From: Cylindrospermopsis raciborskii Cr2010
Lineage (GTDB): Bacteria; Cyanobacteriota; Cyanobacteriia; Cyanobacteriales; Nostocaceae
DNA: 32,000 nt
Assembly (NCBI RefSeq): GCF_003367075.2
Contig: NZ_CP065936.1
Coordinates: forward strand, 1,770,001-1,802,000
Direction: 5' to 3'
Numbering within the stretch: position 1 is the stretch's first letter; every line of letters starts with the position of its first letter. Shown here piece after piece: positions 26,954 through 32,000 of the stretch. A program made the position numbers and the translations under genes. The notes beneath the pieces are model-generated. The model saw only the letters and a program-made list of their open reading frames with translations. It was not told the origin of the DNA and did not search any database.

Positions 26954-27820
26954 TTAATTCAGAAGAAAATGTTTGACTTTTTTAGCTATCTGCTCAGGAG
27001 AATTGTAGGTTGTATCTATCACTAAATTTCTTTCAGGAGCTAATTTTTTCAATGTGGCTTTTGTGCTAAAAGGATCATAACTTTTTCGTTCTTCAATCAT
27101 AATCTTTAAGCGATCGCGCAGAGCAGATGGTGAATATAGTCCCTGTTCTACCTGAGCCAAAATTGCTGCTGTCTCTTCCGATGAAAATAACTCTGATACT
27201 TCTGGTATTTCTAGATCTGCAAAGTTGTTATTTTTTCTCACTTCATGATCATGAATAATTTTCATAGGTTTAGCAACGTGATCAAATGAATCATTTCGCA
27301 TCAGAAGTCTTTGTAATCGCACGTATTCAGAAGCTTCCAGTAACACAAATTTAGCCTTGGGGAGAATTTCTACGGCGTACTTTATTTCATCTTTTCCTCG
27401 CAGTCCATCAAATATTATAGGAAAGCGTACTTGTAAAGGATGGATTTGTAATTGGCTCAAAACATGAACCATTCCTCCTGGAAATAGTTGTTTATAACGA
27501 TGGGTATAATAGAAACGTGCTAGACGACAGGAAGGTTTAGCTTCTTCTACTTCATCCATTTTCATGATTGTCGGAATAATAAACTGATCAGTTAAAGCAC
27601 GACGATTAGGGAGTAAAGTAAATGCTAGTCCTAAATCGCATAAACTGGCATTGACTGTACTTTTGCCCACACCAGTTAATCCTACCCAAATCAATAAGGG
27701 ATGCTCAACTAATGGTCGCCAACCCTGAGAAGTCGAAAACCCAATTCCAATCCCAGGAACTAGTTCTACTAGTTCCACAGAACCTGTTTGAACCGGTTGT
27801 TCTTGATCTAACTGGTGCAT
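26954..27820 (-). CDS. Uncharacterised P-loop NTPase / kinase-like protein
   Basis: Walker A GLTGVGKST (residues 47-55) and a candidate Walker B PIIFDGLRG. I recognise no other family signature. It is tightly packed between the DMT and HCS-like genes, with 2- and 11-nt gaps. Confidence 0.6.
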   Translation of the reverse strand: MHQLDQEQPVQTGSVELVELVPGIGIGFSTSQGWRPLVEHPLLIWVGLTGVGKSTVNASLCDLGLAFTLLPNRRALTDQFIIPTIMKMDEVEEAKPSCRLARFYYTHRYKQLFPGGMVHVLSQLQIHPLQVRFPIIFDGLRGKDEIKYAVEILPKAKFVLLEASEYVRLQRLLMRNDSFDHVAKPMKIIHDHEVRKNNNFADLEIPEVSELFSSEETAAILAQVEQGLYSPSALRDRLKIMIEERKSYDPFSTKATLKKLAPERNLVIDTTYNSPEQIAKKVKHFLLN

Positions 27821-27822
27821 GT

Positions 27823-28776
27823 TTATTCTGCTTTTTGTAATATGAGCTGTTCAGATTTTTCGCAAGTTTTGGCAAAAAATATTCCTACCAAAACTATTAC
27901 AAATGCTACTAAGTTTAAAGCACTCAAAGCCTCTGCAAAAATCAACTTAGCAAAAATTGCTGTGCAGGTTGGCTCAATCAGCAAAAAAATAGCAATGAAA
28001 CTAGAGGAAAACTGCTTGAGTTGGTGAACTAAAAGACATTGTCCAAAACACTGGCAAATAATAGCAAGGGCTAAAATAATTAGCCAACTATCTAAAGAAC
28101 AAGGGAAAAATTTATCCTCTGTCAACCAAACAAAGGGAATAAGAATCAAAGCACCAATGGCACATCGCCAACAAAGCAGCCTTACAGCTGAAAATTTAGA
28201 ACGTAAATGCTCTAAAATCAACAAATTGAGAGCATAAAAAATTGCTGCAAGCAGACCTAAACCATCACCAATTAAATGCTCTATTCCAATTTTAAAATCT
28301 CCAATTCCAATTAAAGAGGCTCCAATTAATGCTAGAAACATACCCAATATAAACTGAGTCTGGAATCTTTGCCGAAAAAACAACCATCCCTGTAAACAGG
28401 TAAAAATAGGAGATAAATTTCGCATTAATGTGGAATTTGCAACACTGGTTTGAGTTAACGACAATGCCCAAAAAATAACAGAAGCTGTTCCTATTATTCC
28501 CACTAGTACTAGTAATAGGACTTCACTTTTTTCCGGTACTCGCTGATCATGCTGTTGCTCGGGAGATTGAATAATTGATATACTTATCCAATGCCAAACC
28601 CTTAAAACAATTGCTGCAATCCAAAGACGATTAAAAACAGTTGCTACTGGACCAATTTCTCGTTCACTCAATTTAATAAAAATAGCCGCACAGGAAAGTG
28701 CAATCAAAGCAATAAATAAGGATAAAAAACTTCCTTTAGAAGGGGGAATATATTCTTCAGTAATACTTGCTAACAC
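27823..28776 (-). CDS. EamA/DMT superfamily transporter (10 TM)
   Basis: Two EamA-like halves, each with five hydrophobic segments (..FIKLSEREIGP.. and ..LILEHLRSKFSAV..). 317 aa. Confidence 0.8.
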   Translation of the reverse strand: MLASITEEYIPPSKGSFLSLFIALIALSCAAIFIKLSEREIGPVATVFNRLWIAAIVLRVWHWISISIIQSPEQQHDQRVPEKSEVLLLVLVGIIGTASVIFWALSLTQTSVANSTLMRNLSPIFTCLQGWLFFRQRFQTQFILGMFLALIGASLIGIGDFKIGIEHLIGDGLGLLAAIFYALNLLILEHLRSKFSAVRLLCWRCAIGALILIPFVWLTEDKFFPCSLDSWLIILALAIICQCFGQCLLVHQLKQFSSSFIAIFLLIEPTCTAIFAKLIFAEALSALNLVAFVIVLVGIFFAKTCEKSEQLILQKAE

Positions 28777-28790
28777 CCGTTTTCTCCTTG

Positions 28791-28806
28791 ACAGGCGATC
28801 GCCTGT
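28791..28806. repeat. HIP1-centred perfect 16-bp palindrome
   Basis: ACAGGCGATCGCCTGT, with the HIP1 core GCGATCGC at 28795-28802. It lies in the leader/promoter region of the DMT gene. Confidence 0.85.
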
Positions 28807-28826
28807 TTAGTTAAGGTACCTGACAC

Positions 28827-28860
28827 TAAAATTCCCTTTAGCTCAGTCGTGCTAAAGGGG
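28827..28860 (-). terminator. Candidate intrinsic terminator after the 84-aa gene
   Basis: CCCTTTAGC (28834-28842), an 8-nt loop, then GCTAAAGGG (28851-28859). On the minus strand the stem is followed by AATTTTA. Confidence 0.45.
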
Positions 28861-28900
28861 ATTAAAACAGTAGTTGAGTTATCAGTAGGAATAAAAACAG

Positions 28901-29155
28901 CTAGTAATAACCATGATAACGCTCAGGTTCTGGTTGCACCACCGCAAAGTTAGACCCATCATGTAAGTAGCGAATGGCCTCCTCCTCTAAGCGATGAATT
29001 AGATAGGGTTCAATAGCATTACTTTGTCGCAGAGCTGCTAGATATCCATCCAAGTACATCCGCATATCATCTTGATGGTAACCGCGATTCCATAATTCGA
29101 CGAAGGCGTCCGTAAGTCTTTGGTAGTAGCGGATGGTTTGTGTGTCTTGAAGCAT
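28901..29155 (-). CDS. Small conserved-looking hypothetical protein (84 aa, soluble, helical)
   Basis: Clean ATG start, no overlap with other genes, and a putative terminator downstream. I cannot place the family with confidence. Confidence 0.5.
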   Translation of the reverse strand: MLQDTQTIRYYQRLTDAFVELWNRGYHQDDMRMYLDGYLAALRQSNAIEPYLIHRLEEEAIRYLHDGSNFAVVQPEPERYHGYY

Positions 29156-29625
29156 AACCGCTGATTTAATTTAGTGAGAATGGGAATTGTATATGATTTA
29201 CAATCAAAATTGACACTCCACCATCTAAAGAGAGGCGGATTCTTTAAGACTTGCTTGAAAGGGATATTCAAGGGTCCCCCGCAGTGTTAAATAAACCCTC
29301 CAGCAGTTAACGACTTGATCATATCCTAAATTATAGTCAAGATTAAACATTTTTTCCCAGTTCCCAAAAGCAAAACTAAGATTAAAATTTCCCGCATTGC
29401 ACCTAACAAATATCAGGGTGGGGATTGGTTGCAAAAGTTAAAATAAGATAAAATTAAAATTAGAATAAAATAAGATTTTGCCAAATTTCCAGGAGATTTA
29501 AATTTTTTGTGAGGTTTTGGGTGAGTAAATATAAAGATTAGGTCAACTCAAGTAACAAAAACTACAAAACATTCCGCCTGAGATTGTTAATTTGAAAATC
29601 ATCGACGCTAAGGGGTCTTACAACT

Positions 29626-30405
29626 GTGGGATCGGTTTGTATTGAAATTATTGAGGGGAATCCTCATCTGAGATCTTTGCTGGGTTGGCACTTGCAACAG
29701 CTAGAATACAAAGTACATCAAGCCGCTAGTATCTATCAAGCAAGGGAAGTTTTTTTAACCCATCAGCCAACTTTGGTTATTCTGGATGCTGATTTGTCTG
29801 ACAGTGACGGTGTGGAATTTTGCCACTGGTTACATGGTCAGGATCAACCTTTAATCCTGATGCTATCTGCTCGTAATAATGAAGCAGATATTGTAGCAGG
29901 GTTAAAAGCGGGGGCGGATGACTATTTGAGTAAACCCTTTGGTATGCAAGAATTTCTTGCACGAGTAGAATCTTTGATTCGCCGTAAACGTACGCCTACT
30001 GCACCAGCTCATTTAGATTATGGTAGTTTACAAATTGATTTAGTTCAACGCCGGGTACGTCTACAAGGGGAGTTTGTAGACTTAACACCTCAGGAGTTTA
30101 GTTTACTTTATGTTTTAGCGCAAGCTGGTGGGTCACCCTTAAGTAGATCTGAGTTGCTACGTCGTGCTTGGCCAGATGCTATTGATAATCCCCGAACTAT
30201 TGATACTCATGTTTTATCATTGCGGAAAAAGGTAGAACTGGATCCGCGCCAACCTAGTTTGATCCAAACCATTCGTAATGTGGGGTATAGATTTAACATG
30301 GAAATTTTAAAGGCAACTGTTTCACCTGTTTTACCAGCTCAAACCAGGTTAACAAGGGAAAGATTTACTGATAATCGTGCTACTTTGGCTACTCAGAGGG
30401 GTTGA
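29626..30405 (+). CDS. OmpR-family response regulator with an atypical receiver pocket and a C-terminal tail
   Basis: The receiver has LVILDADLSDSDG, LMLSAR and YLSKPF. The wHTH has LTPQEFSLLYVLAQAGGSPLSRSELLRRAWP...IDTHVLSLRKKVE...IQTIRNVGYRF. GTG start. No kinase is adjacent. Confidence 0.88.
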   Translation: MGSVCIEIIEGNPHLRSLLGWHLQQLEYKVHQAASIYQAREVFLTHQPTLVILDADLSDSDGVEFCHWLHGQDQPLILMLSARNNEADIVAGLKAGADDYLSKPFGMQEFLARVESLIRRKRTPTAPAHLDYGSLQIDLVQRRVRLQGEFVDLTPQEFSLLYVLAQAGGSPLSRSELLRRAWPDAIDNPRTIDTHVLSLRKKVELDPRQPSLIQTIRNVGYRFNMEILKATVSPVLPAQTRLTRERFTDNRATLATQRG

Positions 30406-30413
30406 GGTGTGCT

Positions 30414-31202
30414 TTACCATTCTTCTGCTGCTGTTATGAGACTAGTTTTTAGAGCATCCCATTCCACTTGTGAGCTTGCTAGGTTGGTAACAATTTGACC
30501 TTGCTCAAGATGCAATAAACGATTACTAAACTCTTGGAAAATGTTAATTTGATAAGTGACCATCAAAACTGCGGTTTTTACATCTGGGCAAAGGTCAGAA
30601 ATCCCTTCTATGATTCTTTCTAGCAACCAGGAAGTCTCAACTGGGTCTAGAGCGGAAATGGGTTGGTCTAACAACAGAATTTTGGGCCGGGTGACAAGAG
30701 CGCGCACCAGGGCTACTAATTGCTGCTGACCCAGGGAAAGCTGTAATTCTGTCATTCCCATCCAAGTTTGAGGAATTTTTAGTCGCTCTCTCCAATATCC
30801 AATTCTTTCTTCAATTTCTCCCTGAGATATATTTCTTAACAATAAAGGATATGCTAGGGATTCCCTAACTGTCATCCCCAATAGTTTAGGTTCTTGTGCT
30901 ACAAGAACTACCTGTCGACGCAGTTCTACTATGGGAATTCCAGGGTATTCTTGGTTATTTAAGTAAATCTTACCACTACTAGGATCCTCTAGTCGGTTTA
31001 GTAGTCTCAGCAGTGATGTTTTTCCAGATCCCGATTTACCTACGACTATTGTGCGATCGCCTGGAAAGATTTCCCAGGAGATATTTTGCAAGATTGGATA
31101 CCCCATCATGTTTTTGGGCGATGGGGCTTTCAATTTTGCCCATAAACTAACTTGCTCCAGTTTGAGCAGGGGTGATAATTTTTCGGGAGCATCTTCAAGC
31201 AT
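30414..31202 (-). CDS. ABC-type ATPase with degenerate catalytic motifs
   Basis: Walker A GKSGSGKTS and Q-loop VAQEP are intact. The signature is LSLGQ (not LSGGQ), Walker B is ILLLDQ (Gln in place of the catalytic Glu; CAA at 30665-30663) and the H-loop is MVTYQ (Tyr in place of His; TAT at 30554-30552). Confidence 0.85.
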   Translation of the reverse strand: MLEDAPEKLSPLLKLEQVSLWAKLKAPSPKNMMGYPILQNISWEIFPGDRTIVVGKSGSGKTSLLRLLNRLEDPSSGKIYLNNQEYPGIPIVELRRQVVLVAQEPKLLGMTVRESLAYPLLLRNISQGEIEERIGYWRERLKIPQTWMGMTELQLSLGQQQLVALVRALVTRPKILLLDQPISALDPVETSWLLERIIEGISDLCPDVKTAVLMVTYQINIFQEFSNRLLHLEQGQIVTNLASSQVEWDALKTSLITAAEEW

Positions 31203-31212
31203 TAAATCAAGG

Positions 31213-31752
31213 TTAAATCATAGAATTAGCTATATTAATAGTCCAAGCATCTACTAATAATAGGATAATAGTACAAATCAATAAGATTAAATACATCCAG
31301 GGTTGGGATAGGGGACGGACATCAGTGGTGTCCATACCTGTTTTTAACTGAACAAACTTCACTAGACGGTTGAATCCAGCAACGCGCATGGGTAACAAAT
31401 AAGCTTTACCCTCATCCGTGAGGAAATAGTAAACCAAACCTCCCTGTCCTGTGGTGCGACATTTGAGACTTTTAATTTCAGACCAGGGTAAAGACCAGTC
31501 TTGACGTAACAGTTTAGGAACCCAAACAGGATAGGTGACTTGAATTTCTTGTTCATTGACAATTACTCTTTGAGTGAGGACTGCATATAATGCCACCAAT
31601 CCAATTATTATCCCTAACCATAATAGTAGTGGTGTGACAGGTGCTTGTGTAACTTCCGCTAAAAATGGTAAAGGTAGTGTTAAGGCTATATAGAGTGTTA
31701 GAAGAGTAATCCTAATCAACGGAGAAAGGAAAAACGTGGTGCTTTCAGTCAT
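31213..31752 (-). CDS. Hypothetical membrane protein (2 N-terminal TM, a soluble beta-rich domain, 1 C-terminal TM)
   Basis: MTESTTFFLSPLIRITLLTLYIALTLPLPFL..LLLWLGIIIGLVALYAVL ... WMYLILLICTIILLLV. I prefer the ATG at 31752 over the TTG at 31851. It ends 10 nt before the ABC ATPase start. Confidence 0.55.
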   Translation of the reverse strand: MTESTTFFLSPLIRITLLTLYIALTLPLPFLAEVTQAPVTPLLLWLGIIIGLVALYAVLTQRVIVNEQEIQVTYPVWVPKLLRQDWSLPWSEIKSLKCRTTGQGGLVYYFLTDEGKAYLLPMRVAGFNRLVKFVQLKTGMDTTDVRPLSQPWMYLILLICTIILLLVDAWTINIANSMI

Positions 31753-32000
31753 AGACTTTCTAGGACAGAATCCAGATGTGGGATTGAGAGGGGTATTATA
31801 TCTTATCATAAATCTAAAAAACCAGTGGCAAAACCGGAAGGAACCTTCCAATTTTCGATAGAAATAATGCAGAAAATTCCAGTTGGTAGTCCCAGTTACA
31901 GCAATTGGGGATCATTGAGTGCTAAAGTTAAATATGTAATGTAAAATTGCGGCGTAATAAGCTCCTCAGCAGTTATGGCTCAAATATTAGATTCTCTACC

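Noticed and set aside
29038-29434. Two overlapping minus-strand track ORFs (29038-29271 and 29225-29434).
   Set aside because: The first overlaps the well-formed 84-aa gene out of frame. The second needs a TTG start and has no recognisable family. They are kept only as a possible relic in the findings.
1-32000. Searched for CRISPR arrays, IS/transposase, integrase, phage or plasmid genes, rRNA, and STRR-type heptamer tandem repeats.
   Set aside because: I saw no regularly spaced direct repeats and no transposase- or integrase-like ORFs. The only iterated element I could find is the HIP1 octamer.
31975-32000. ATG GCT CAA ATA TTA GAT TCT CTA CC at the right edge, a possible gene start.
   Set aside because: Only 8 codons are visible, which cannot support a call.

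Overview
This window looks like a compact chromosomal segment of a filamentous, Nostocales-like cyanobacterium. That inference rests on PsaL, PsaJ, PsaF and PetM sequences close to what I remember of Anabaena/Nostoc, the psaF-psaJ-psaL gene order, and 10 copies of the HIP1 octamer GCGATCGC. I can support about 37 CDS, 2 gene remnants and 2 tRNAs. Three of the genes (psaJ, petM, tRNA-Pro/tRNA-Leu aside) are absent from the ORF track because they are short or non-coding. I saw no transposase, integrase, phage gene, CRISPR array or rRNA. Most of the window is housekeeping and photosynthesis: remA-gmk, psaF-psaJ-psaL, tsaD, petM, ycf39-like, nadK, prxQ, hemA, glpX, tadA, plsC-like and bolA-grxD. 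Three regions are more interesting. (1) 12.3-17.8 kb is a dense sulfur-handling locus: an ArsR/BigR-like regulator diverges from persulfide dioxygenase, a membrane-anchored rhodanese and a TSUP permease, with two further TSUP paralogues and a DUF1634 partner next to it. (2) 25.3-28.8 kb is a co-directional set of a DMT exporter, an uncharacterised P-loop protein, a short homocitrate-synthase-like enzyme and an internally deleted MFS remnant. (3) 30.4-31.8 kb holds an ABC ATPase whose signature, Walker B and H-loop residues are all substituted, 10 nt from a small membrane protein. Both OmpR-type response regulators are orphans with non-canonical receiver pockets. All family assignments come from motif recognition and memory, not from database searches.
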